Part shown: positions 56,134-64,000 of the stretch, piece after piece
Layout of the letters: each line of letters starts with the position of its first letter
Position numbering within the stretch: the first letter of the stretch is position 1
Origin: a virus
Reading direction: 5' to 3' (one strand)
Length of the DNA stretch: 64,000 bases
IMG/VR virus record: IMGVR_UViG_3300012953_000013
Location: 32,001 to 96,000 of that record
Made by a program: the position numbers and the translations under genes
The notes under the pieces: model-generated
Database searches by the model: none
What the model was told of the DNA's origin: nothing
What the model saw: the letters and a program-made list of their open reading frames with translations, nothing else

Positions 56134-57638
56134 TACAGTGCTCGATAAATTTTATCTTCTTTAGCGACGACTCCCTTTTTTACTAACTTCTGGAGAATCA
56201 TCCAACTTTCTTTCCAAGTTCCGTTTTGCTTATAGTGAACCAAACCCTTAGATTCAATTACCTTAGCAACCTCAGCGTGTTTACAAGCTCCACCAAGGCT
56301 ATTCATTATTGAAAGTATTTCAAGCTCTTTATTTGTAGCTGAAAAATCTAAACCAGTAGATTCAGACGGTGGTACAGTTGTCACTTCAGGACCTGAAGGT
56401 TCGGGGAGAGATTCTTGTTCCGGAACTTTTGATTCTAGGTCTGGAACACTATCTTCTTTCATAAATCCAAGCTTTTGCATTATGGATTTTGGCGTAATAA
56501 TCATTTTAACTTCCTCTTTTGAAATTGGGGCTGAAGCCCTTCGATTAGCAAGTTTCTTGTCTTCTCTAAGCTTTCTGTAAACACCAAACTGACAACAAGA
56601 AATTTCGCAACCAAAATTTGTAAAATATCCAAGCTCTGAAACTTTTTTCATATAGTAATCTGATTTATCAGAGCTCTTTAAATCAAAAAAACTGTTTTGA
56701 TGACGTCTTATAGCATTAATAAGCTTTTTTCCAACTTTGTCGTTAATCGAATGACCGCGATGTTCATAAAACCAGTTTATTGCATTCATCGCACCGACTC
56801 CAGGAACCACATAATCGTCATCTTCATCAATGTTTCCCGGCATTCCCTCAAATATTAAATTACCAACTTCTGGCATACGAGCCAAGTTACAGCTAAAGTG
56901 ATAACCGTAATAATTTCCAATCCCTTTATATGAATTTAGAAATTTAAATGACTCTTCCATCGTTGGCTTAGTTTTATAAAATTCAACCCATTGAGGGCCC
57001 AAAAAAGTAAACCAAAATAAAATATCTGATGGTCTAAGCATTCTTTTGGACCGATCGATGGCTGATGTTTTCTCCAAAATGTCAATTGGTGATCCTACAC
57101 TTCTAGCGTAGTTTCTAGCTGAGGTTTGTAAGCTGGTCCTAAGCTCAGTTGTTCCATAGATTTTTTCTTTATTTTTAACTACTTCTTCTATGTTTACGCA
57201 GAGTTTCTCTAGATATTTTGGATCATTGATAAACTTTTTATATACAACAAAATCATCTCCTGTACCCTCAACCATCATTTTAAGGGTCTTCGATGGCCCA
57301 TAGAATTTCACAATTGCAGCGTTAATAAGCTTATCTTCAAAAGTTGCTTTGGGGTTATAGAATAGGTTCTCGTTTAACCAGATAATCTCATCGTGAAAGC
57401 TACGGTTAGGGTGGAAGTAGGGAACTGACTTTCCATCAACTATAAACCCAAGCTTATACAAAAGAACTTTGTTTGGTTCGTGTTGAAACGTATCAAATGT
57501 GCAAGACTTTGCAAACCTAACAAGATATTCTCTTCGATTCAACTCTTTAATAAAATGAACAAAATCATCTTTCTTATACTGAGGGATTTCATCGAAGAGT
57601 TCTTCGTCTGTATATTTTAAAAGCTCTCTATTGCTCAT
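56133..57638 (-). CDS. aGPT-Pplase1 / 5-hmdU DNA kinase-type helical protein with C-terminal winged helix
   Basis: YFHPNR..D, LINAAI, E....L....GIG.YY (HhH), D...V.PGVGA, E...CQF..Y.K; last ~70 aa look like a wHTH. Confidence 0.65.
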   Translation of the reverse strand: MSNRELLKYTDEELFDEIPQYKKDDFVHFIKELNRREYLVRFAKSCTFDTFQHEPNKVLLYKLGFIVDGKSVPYFHPNRSFHDEIIWLNENLFYNPKATFEDKLINAAIVKFYGPSKTLKMMVEGTGDDFVVYKKFINDPKYLEKLCVNIEEVVKNKEKIYGTTELRTSLQTSARNYARSVGSPIDILEKTSAIDRSKRMLRPSDILFWFTFLGPQWVEFYKTKPTMEESFKFLNSYKGIGNYYGYHFSCNLARMPEVGNLIFEGMPGNIDEDDDYVVPGVGAMNAINWFYEHRGHSINDKVGKKLINAIRRHQNSFFDLKSSDKSDYYMKKVSELGYFTNFGCEISCCQFGVYRKLREDKKLANRRASAPISKEEVKMIITPKSIMQKLGFMKEDSVPDLESKVPEQESLPEPSGPEVTTVPPSESTGLDFSATNKELEILSIMNSLGGACKHAEVAKVIESKGLVHYKQNGTWKESWMILQKLVKKGVVAKEDKIYRAL

Positions 57639-58047
57639 GCAAATCCTCTAAGTGCCTTCTGTTTTCTTTAGCAACGTGAGGGTTGTTAACATGAATCACT
57701 TTCGTTCCAATATTCCAGGTTTCTACTTCATTTAATTTTCTTTCTATCTCAGCTTTTTGAACTTCATCATCTTCAAAAAAATATTGAACGCTGAGTCCTG
57801 CTCTATGGAGAATCTTAATAGTTTCTCCTTTGTGCCACCCTGAACTCTGACGAGTTTTTTCTGAGTAGTCACATTGATTAAAGAAAACTGGGTTATTAAT
57901 TCCATTACGACGAAGAAAAGCCAAAGTTTCAGCTTCTTCTTCATAACTACGACCAGTGATAATTACATCTCCTGGGCCTGGACGAATTCCACAAACTCCA
58001 TCGCCAAGATGGATAACGCCATCAATATCAAAACCGTTAACCTTCAT
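57628..58047 (-). CDS. HAD-superfamily phosphatase
   Basis: FDIDGV (motif I), ITGR (II), FEDD (IV). Confidence 0.8.
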   Translation of the reverse strand: MKVNGFDIDGVIHLGDGVCGIRPGPGDVIITGRSYEEEAETLAFLRRNGINNPVFFNQCDYSEKTRQSSGWHKGETIKILHRAGLSVQYFFEDDEVQKAEIERKLNEVETWNIGTKVIHVNNPHVAKENRRHLEDLHEQ

Positions 58048-58756
58048 TGAATTCTCCTCTTTTTCTTATAAAAAACTGAGTGCCTAAAATCATCATGTCT
58101 AAAGACCTTGTGTCACACCAAACCCTATAATGAGGAGATAGAGCCTGGCCGTTTCCTGGGTTGAGCATTTCGCTTAAACCAATTAGTTTCGTATTCCCAG
58201 TCTTCCAAGCAATTAAAGTATTCTCGTGTGGAGGAGTCAAACCAATAGACATTGCAAATTGATTGACTGCTTCTACAGCTCCCCAATCTGATTTTTGTGT
58301 ATAATCATCTCCAGTTATCCAACCGCCCGGCTTAAGTTTTGGCCACCAACTCTCAAGATCTATTTTTACAGCTTCATACCTATGGTCGCCATCAATGTAA
58401 ATCCAGTCAAAATAATTGTTAGAAAAATTCTTAGCAGCGTTTTCAGAAAAATCTCTGTATACAGAAATCTTGGTTTCATCGCTGCTCATCTCATCAGCCC
58501 AATTTTTTACTTTTTGAAACCTAGCATCTTGTTCTTCTTGAGAGTCTTTTGCGTGTTGGTCGTGCTGATCTGTTTGCTGCACCCAAGGGTCTACTAAGTG
58601 AATTTCTGACGGGTTTTTGGAAAAAATCTTGCGAGAAAATGCGCCATTGAAAACACCTATTTCTGCACACTTAGCTCCCTGGGCTATTTTTTCTAAAACC
58701 CTGTCTTCGTAGACTCTTTCTCCTGGATTTTCTTTTTTGAAATTATCTCTAAGCAT
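58037..58756 (-). CDS. Class I SAM methyltransferase (Methyltransf_24-like)
   Basis: EIGVFNG, VDPW, IYIDGDH.YE, LKPGG..TGDDY. Confidence 0.85.
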   Translation of the reverse strand: MLRDNFKKENPGERVYEDRVLEKIAQGAKCAEIGVFNGAFSRKIFSKNPSEIHLVDPWVQQTDQHDQHAKDSQEEQDARFQKVKNWADEMSSDETKISVYRDFSENAAKNFSNNYFDWIYIDGDHRYEAVKIDLESWWPKLKPGGWITGDDYTQKSDWGAVEAVNQFAMSIGLTPPHENTLIAWKTGNTKLIGLSEMLNPGNGQALSPHYRVWCDTRSLDMMILGTQFFIRKRGEFNEG

Positions 58757-59468
58757 TATCTTTCCTAAAGAAAGTATAGTCTAAAACTTTCGTTGTTCCA
58801 TACATTAAAATTGGATGTTCTACCTTCTTCCACTTAGACTCTGGAAAAAACAGACTAGGATATTGATCAAAAGGAGAACGAGTGTTATGAAATTCAATGC
58901 CAACAATTTCAACAAAATCCGGAATTTTTGGAATAGAATCTAGGATATCGTACTCTTTGCCTTCAATATCAATCTTTAATATTTCTGGTCGGTATTTTTC
59001 TAAAAGACTAGAAAAAGAAATCCCGGGGACTGAAATAGTAGTAGAAGATGCATTCCTTCTCCGAAGAGTTGATGAAGAAACAGAATTACGCTTGGATTTA
59101 GCGTAGTGAAAAACTACTTCATTTTCATCTTCTTCACACACTGCGGCGTTAATACACTCTACACCCGGGGCATTAATTTCCAAAAGTTGAAAATTATGAG
59201 GGCAGGGCTCGAGTGCAATAATCTTCTTTGCGCCGTTATCCAAACACATCTTAGCAAATCCACCAATATTGGCCCCAAGGTCTAATACGGTTTTGCCTTC
59301 AACTGGAATGCATGTGTAATTGTCTATACACTCCTTAATTGAACTCAAATCAAATGTATCGGGACGATACCACATCCCTTTTCTTGAGTTCCATTTTATT
59401 TCGCACTCTTCGAAGGCTGGTACAGCTGGATTAAACCGCATGCCCGTCTGTTCGTGGATTTTAGCCAT
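58749..59468 (-). CDS. FkbM-family SAM methyltransferase
   Basis: VLDLGANIG, ALEP, LKIDIEG.EY. Confidence 0.88.
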   Translation of the reverse strand: MAKIHEQTGMRFNPAVPAFEECEIKWNSRKGMWYRPDTFDLSSIKECIDNYTCIPVEGKTVLDLGANIGGFAKMCLDNGAKKIIALEPCPHNFQLLEINAPGVECINAAVCEEDENEVVFHYAKSKRNSVSSSTLRRRNASSTTISVPGISFSSLLEKYRPEILKIDIEGKEYDILDSIPKIPDFVEIVGIEFHNTRSPFDQYPSLFFPESKWKKVEHPILMYGTTKVLDYTFFRKDNA

Positions 59469-60658
59469 TAATCTACCTCTTTGTTATGAGATGGACAAAT
59501 CTTATAAAGCTCTTCAGCGTCGTAAGAAGATGTCTGCCTCTTTGTGAATCTGGTTAATTGTCGCTCTGAAAGTGCATCACATTCATAAAGCGTTTCGCTA
59601 AACATAAGTTGTTGTGGAGGAGTTTTTTGCGTAAATGCTGACGGGCCTCGAAGAGCACCAACAATCCCCATTTCTCTAGCGGTCTTGAGATAACGAACTG
59701 CATCAATAACAACTCCGCCAGAGTTTGGAGAATCAATTACAGAGAGTCGAGCATCAAAAGTTACCGGAGCGCCAAGAAACCCTTCCATCTCTACTCTAAA
59801 ATTAGCAACCTTGTTATCTCCATAATAGCGAATGTATTCTGAAGGTCCCGCATGGAGAAATGACTCATCTGGGTCGACTCCCCGAATTACATGTTGAGAG
59901 CGAATAACGTTTTCCTTAGATACCTTTTTATACTTGAGGCGCGATTGATCGACCATGTTCAAGAAATCAGTGTTTCCGCCAACATTTCTCTGAATATGAG
60001 CTTTAACATTTAAGCCGCGAGCAAAGGCCAGTTCTTGTAGCATTTGAGAAAGAATAGAAGCTCCAAACTGTGATTTCATATCATCACCAATTAATGGAAT
60101 TCCAGCATCGATAAACTTTTGTTCCCACTCTGGATTAGAAGCAATAAATACGGGAATGCAGTTTAGTAGAGAAACACCAGCATCTAGACAAGCTTGGGCG
60201 TAATACTCTGTAGCTTTCTGAGACCCAACTGGAAGATAATTGATTAGAATATCAACCTTGCGATCTTCTAGTATCTGAACCACATCTACGGGCTCTTCAT
60301 TTGAAACTCTGAAGGCTTCATCATCTGGATAATCACTCATCAAGCTTGGTACCCCATCAAGCACTGGACCCATTTGAACTATTGGACCATCAGGTACATT
60401 CGCTTCGTATTCTGGAGTACAGTTTGGCTTAGCCCACATTGCTTCCCTAAAACACTTACCGACTTTTCGCTTATCTACGTCAAATGCAGCCACAACCTCA
60501 ATATTCGCAACTGAGTATCCGCCAATTCGAGACTTCATTACTCCGTCTCTTTCTTGGCCGGCTGTATATCCAGCATAGTATGTTAAACCTTGATAAAGCG
60601 AATTTGCGCAGTTTCCGACGCCTACAATTGCTACTCTAATATTTTGCTTTTTACTCAT
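59468..60658 (-). CDS. ino1: myo-Inositol-1-phosphate synthase (inositol-3-phosphate synthase)
   Basis: VAIVGVGNCA, AAFDVD..KVG, NYLPVGS, N.IPVFIA, GDD.KSQFGA, NVGGNTDF.NM, DSPNSGG. Confidence 0.93.
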   Translation of the reverse strand: MSKKQNIRVAIVGVGNCANSLYQGLTYYAGYTAGQERDGVMKSRIGGYSVANIEVVAAFDVDKRKVGKCFREAMWAKPNCTPEYEANVPDGPIVQMGPVLDGVPSLMSDYPDDEAFRVSNEEPVDVVQILEDRKVDILINYLPVGSQKATEYYAQACLDAGVSLLNCIPVFIASNPEWEQKFIDAGIPLIGDDMKSQFGASILSQMLQELAFARGLNVKAHIQRNVGGNTDFLNMVDQSRLKYKKVSKENVIRSQHVIRGVDPDESFLHAGPSEYIRYYGDNKVANFRVEMEGFLGAPVTFDARLSVIDSPNSGGVVIDAVRYLKTAREMGIVGALRGPSAFTQKTPPQQLMFSETLYECDALSERQLTRFTKRQTSSYDAEELYKICPSHNKEVD

Positions 60659-60681
60659 TAATTCTTTCTCCTAATTTAGAA

Positions 60682-61746
60682 TTATTCTTTATTATGTCGC
60701 GGGTTGGGTTGATTGTTAAATAAATCCCAGTAATAAGACATCGGACTCAAATGAACACTTTTTGGGCGTTCCATATATTCAAAATCAAGCTCCCCCGATT
60801 CATTCAAAAATCCCGGTGGCCACTCAAAAGTTTGCCACTTATTCTCTATTGATATTTTATCAACAGCAGCATTAAATGTATTGACTAACTTTGTTCTTTC
60901 TTCCCAAGTTCCAAAATATGGAGTCTTCTTATAATATCCAGTTTTAGGGAGCTTTCTAGAAATATTTTCTATTGGAAGAGCATGAACAATCTCAACGTTT
61001 GGAACTCCAAGAGACTTAAGCTGGTGCCCGAGCTCGATTCCCATCGCGTGGGCTTTCTCAAACGGGTTTTCTTGCCTCATGAGGTGATGGCGAATATCAA
61101 TATTCCCCATATAGAAAGTCAAGTGAGTCAAATCGCTTACTTTCATACCAGATTTTTCTTCAATAATTTCTTTTACACCGTCGCGTATAGTAGAAAAAAG
61201 AGTAAGGCCATCATTTCGGCATACAGAATAACCGGGTTTCCAAGTAGAAAAACAATGGCTATCTCCGAAACAAAGTTTTGTAGTTTCTTCAACATGATTA
61301 AACCCCGGAGTTCTTTTACAAATTTCATCAAGCTTGTTTAAGTCTAGCTGGCCGACATTAGCACTTGTGGATTTATTATGCAATCTTCCCCTGATGGTCG
61401 TTCCAATGAGCGGCATCTCATGATTCATAATGTACGTGGGGCCAGAAAACTCTTGAATTCTCTTGAATCTACGAACTACGTTATCGTCGACGCCAAAGAA
61501 AAAGTTAATTGTGCCAGCATAAGCAATCCCGGGATAAAAAATCATGGCATCATACCCTTCATAGGTATCATGGTTTCCAAGAATAGTTACGTCTGTCCAG
61601 CCTGATGAATGGAGCATATTTTTATAAAGCCATACCCAAGCTGCATTGTGGCTATGCTTTCGGGTTGGAATATTTCGCTCTAGTCCATCAATTCCGATCT
61701 TAGCATCTTTTGGAAGATCTGATGCGACTTCTAAAAATGTTTTCAC
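60682..61746 (-). CDS. Hypothetical protein with an SGNH-hydrolase-like C-terminal domain
   Basis: Start GTG at 61746 after AGGAG; GDSH, DG, GNID and SVHLSP blocks. Confidence 0.55.
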   Translation of the reverse strand: MKTFLEVASDLPKDAKIGIDGLERNIPTRKHSHNAAWVWLYKNMLHSSGWTDVTILGNHDTYEGYDAMIFYPGIAYAGTINFFFGVDDNVVRRFKRIQEFSGPTYIMNHEMPLIGTTIRGRLHNKSTSANVGQLDLNKLDEICKRTPGFNHVEETTKLCFGDSHCFSTWKPGYSVCRNDGLTLFSTIRDGVKEIIEEKSGMKVSDLTHLTFYMGNIDIRHHLMRQENPFEKAHAMGIELGHQLKSLGVPNVEIVHALPIENISRKLPKTGYYKKTPYFGTWEERTKLVNTFNAAVDKISIENKWQTFEWPPGFLNESGELDFEYMERPKSVHLSPMSYYWDLFNNQPNPRHNKE

Positions 61747-61747
61747 A

Positions 61748-62188
61748 TTAAACTCCTGTGCTGCCAAAGCCGCCAGCACCACGGGTTGTAGTTGAATAAA
61801 AAAGCTCTTTATCTGGCACTACTTTTACATCAGGATACTTGACTGGCAACAATAAAAATTGAACAATTTTTTCTCCTCCCTCTAAAGCTACCGGCTCTGT
61901 ACCAGAATTCATGAGGTGCAGATGAATTTCGCCCTGGTAGTCTTCATCAACGACGCAAGCTCCCACTGTTAACTTCTTTTTCAGAGCTACGCCACTCTTG
62001 TTGTGAGCTACAAAAGCGTAGCCTTTAGGGACATTAACTCTGATTCCAGATGGAATACAGACGTCTCCTCCTGGAGGCACGCTTGCTGATAAGCCATCAG
62101 GTACATAAAAGTCTAGACCTGCAGATCCAGGGGTTCCTCGAGTCGGCGTCTTTACTTCTCTAGTTTTTGACATTTTTATGTTTTTCAT
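61748..62188 (-). CDS. dut: Trimeric dUTPase
   Basis: SAGLD, KSG, GACVVDEDYQGEI, QFLL, RGAGGFGSTG. Confidence 0.92.
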   Translation of the reverse strand: MKNIKMSKTREVKTPTRGTPGSAGLDFYVPDGLSASVPPGGDVCIPSGIRVNVPKGYAFVAHNKSGVALKKKLTVGACVVDEDYQGEIHLHLMNSGTEPVALEGGEKIVQFLLLPVKYPDVKVVPDKELFYSTTTRGAGGFGSTGV

Positions 62189-62190
62189 TT

Positions 62191-62421
62191 TTACCCCAAC
62201 TTTGATTCTGCGGCTTCTACCATTTCTCCAAGACTGTCGTCTGAAACATCCAGCCTAGACTTAATCTTAGCAATACTAATTGCCGCTTTTACAGCTTTGA
62301 TGTCTAGCTTAGACTTATAATCATCAAATAGCTGCTTCTGCTCTTCTGCAAGAAGCTGCTTTTCCCCATCAATTCTCATAAGCTGTTCTACCAAATCTTT
62401 AATATCGTCTTGTACGCTCAT
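62191..62421 (-). CDS. DsbA/GapR (DUF2312)-like dsDNA-binding protein
   Basis: IKDLVEQLMRID.EK..L.EE.K.L....K..LD.KAVK. Confidence 0.6.
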   Translation of the reverse strand: MSVQDDIKDLVEQLMRIDGEKQLLAEEQKQLFDDYKSKLDIKAVKAAISIAKIKSRLDVSDDSLGEMVEAAESKLG

Positions 62422-62431
62422 TATTTTCTCC

Positions 62432-62629
62432 TTATTGAAACTTTACGTAATCTTTAAGCAAACTGTCAATGCTTTTAATAACTTGTTCACAAAGCACTGA
62501 AGTATGCTTCGTATTCATAACTGAAGTTGAAGAATGCTTCTCTTCAAGCCCATCATAGAATTCAATAACGTGCCTTCGAAGCTTCACCAACTTTTCAATC
62601 TCTTCATTTTTCATTACTTCTCCTTTTTT
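62432..62629 (-). CDS. Hypothetical protein
   Basis: About 65 aa; likely start MKKGEV or MKNEE. Confidence 0.55.
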   Translation of the reverse strand, partial: KKGEVMKNEEIEKLVKLRRHVIEFYDGLEEKHSSTSVMNTKHTSVLCEQVIKSIDSLLKDYVKFQ

Positions 62630-62888
62630 CATTGATGTAATTTTGCCATCCCCCAATATAAGCAACAGCGTCTAGTAAATTGTCTTCTTTAAAATTGTAA
62701 GACTGCCTAGAAAACTTGAGAGCAATCATGGCGATAAACATATCGTCCGCGGTCCAGTTTCGACCTGACATCCCACTAGCAATCATTGCAGCGCGCTCAA
62801 AACCTTCGCCCAAGGGACCATATTGACGCTCTTTTTCTTCTGAGCGATTATTGATTATTTCATCTGCTTGTTTTAGAATATTAGCCAT
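62604..62888 (-). CDS. DUF6378-like all-alpha (MazG-type) nucleotide-associated protein
   Basis: IL..A..II...R.....QYG; M.ALK.SR......DN..D...Y. Confidence 0.7.
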   Translation of the reverse strand: MANILKQADEIINNRSEEKERQYGPLGEGFERAAMIASGMSGRNWTADDMFIAMIALKFSRQSYNFKEDNLLDAVAYIGGWQNYINEKRRSNEK

Positions 62889-63759
62889 TGAAAATAACTC
62901 CCTTTATTTTGTTTACGTGATCAAATATTTCAGATTTTTCCATATCACTAGATGGAAGCTCTGCTGACAAAGATAAAAGCTTTTTATAAGTTAGATCTGG
63001 CTTTAAAACCGTTTTATCAGTTTGGGGATAATGACCACCCAAAACGCTTACATAATAATTGTCTAAAATCTTATCCATCATCTTAAAGTGTCTCTCATAA
63101 ATGTGAAAACTTCCTGCATTATGATAATATGTCCCAAGATGGAGATTCATGCCGTGATCGTTTAAGTGATTAAGCATCAACTGTTGAAAAAGAGCGAATG
63201 TAAAAACATCGTTGCAAAAACCAAAAATGGCATCATTAGATCTCATATAGACGCCCATATCCAAAACACCTTCTCTTATAAAAAACTGAATATATTGAGT
63301 ACATGGATAATCTTTAGAATTTTTTTCTTTATGATATGGCTGGTTAATTGCTATAGTTGCTCTCCTGGTGTCTGGATCGCTTACTAGCTCATTTACAACC
63401 CAATTCCATTGAGAAATATACATTTTGTTCAAAACAGGAAAAATATAAGACCCATAATTTGACTCTGCTTCGCCAAATTGGTCTTGGATATCAGCCCAAA
63501 TAGATGCAAGCTTAGATATGTTGTTTACTTTTTGGTTTGAAGATACGTACCAAAGCCACTCTGCAATAGCATAATTTATGTTAAATTTTCGAGCAGGAAC
63601 AATAATATCTAGCTGTTCAGGGTTCTTAATTTGAAAGGAAACAAATGTTCTTTCTAGCTGTTTAGAGCCCCTAGAATGAACTATATTTCCGGCCATTTTT
63701 AGTTTAGCTAGCTCTTCAACGAAAGCTTCATTTAGATTATAGTACATCATTTTTACCAC
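62881..63759 (-). CDS. Thymidylate-synthase-family enzyme with dCMP-hydroxymethylase signature
   Basis: DTRRA, DYPCT (catalytic Cys), MRSNDAIFGFCND (Asp where dUMP-specific TS has Asn), HIYERHF. Confidence 0.85.
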   Translation of the reverse strand: MVKMMYYNLNEAFVEELAKLKMAGNIVHSRGSKQLERTFVSFQIKNPEQLDIIVPARKFNINYAIAEWLWYVSSNQKVNNISKLASIWADIQDQFGEAESNYGSYIFPVLNKMYISQWNWVVNELVSDPDTRRATIAINQPYHKEKNSKDYPCTQYIQFFIREGVLDMGVYMRSNDAIFGFCNDVFTFALFQQLMLNHLNDHGMNLHLGTYYHNAGSFHIYERHFKMMDKILDNYYVSVLGGHYPQTDKTVLKPDLTYKKLLSLSAELPSSDMEKSEIFDHVNKIKGVIFNG

Positions 63760-63766
63760 CTATAGA

Positions 63767-63795
63767 ATCATACTAAAATTTACGTAATTGTTCAG
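63767..63795 (-). promoter_or_regulatory. Sigma70-like promoter for the modification operon
   Basis: CTGAAC-17 nt-TATGAT. Confidence 0.5.
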
Positions 63796-63796
63796 A

Positions 63797-64000
63797 TTAT
63801 AATTCGATTATTTTGAGCCTGTGCCACTTGGTACTACAGCCAAAATCGTTCTTATCAATTTCCGCGACGCAGAAGCTGTAGGGTTGAATTTCTGCATCTT
63901 TCGGAGTTCCCCAACAAAAGATTTTTGAAATTTTTCCAGTAGAAGCTATGCCGTTTAGAAGAAAGTAAGGCTTTTTGTTTTTCGTTAGCTTTGGCACCGC
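63797..64000 (-). CDS. 3' end of a gene running off the window; possibly the C-terminal OB-fold of a DnaE-type polymerase
   Basis: K.TKNKKPY.......G....IFCWG.....Y......FG.ST pattern; fragment only. Confidence 0.4.
   Translation of the reverse strand, partial: AVPKLTKNKKPYFLLNGIASTGKISKIFCWGTPKDAEIQPYSFCVAEIDKNDFGCSTKWHRLKIIEL

Overview
This AT-rich, gene-dense 64 kb window is encoded almost entirely on the minus strand in standard code 11. It is best read as part of a huge (jumbo) tailed-phage genome. That is an inference: no capsid, terminase or ribosomal-protein gene lies in the window. Layout: (1) 0-19 kb, translation and proteostasis functions: TilS, four tRNAs, tmRNA, DnaK, Hsp20, CysK, DEDDh exonuclease, several lipoproteins, and a ~640-nt highly structured non-coding RNA with its own promoter and terminator. 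(2) 19-32 kb: DnaJ, peptide deformylase, an RpoD-like sigma factor whose region-4.2 helix-turn-helix appears to be a separate, translationally coupled gene, GroEL, a 5'-3' exonuclease and a restriction-like nuclease. (3) 32-48.5 kb: mostly acidic hypothetical proteins sharing LRxIIxEE, L-x-E and RWxKLAGI motifs (probably virion or internal-head proteins), with SET-domain, serine-protease, vWA-lipoprotein, SOD, PCD-like and ParB-like genes interspersed. (4) 48.6-64 kb, a nucleotide/DNA-modification and glycan-decoration cluster: a thymidylate-synthase-family enzyme with the dCMP-hydroxymethylase Asp signature, an aGPT-Pplase1-type helical protein with a winged helix, myo-inositol-1-phosphate synthase, a HAD phosphatase, an SGNH-like protein, a divergent C5-cytosine methyltransferase, three sulfotransferase-family proteins, three SAM methyltransferases, an epimerase, thymidine kinase, dCMP deaminase and dUTPase. 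The strongest leads are the split sigma factor with a matching non-canonical -35 promoter family, the large ncRNA, the possibly inositol-linked cytosine hypermodification pathway, a ROSE-like thermometer on hsp20, and an unannotated 20-aa, 9-Cys peptide upstream of tmRNA. All family assignments come from motif recognition by eye; no database searches were run.
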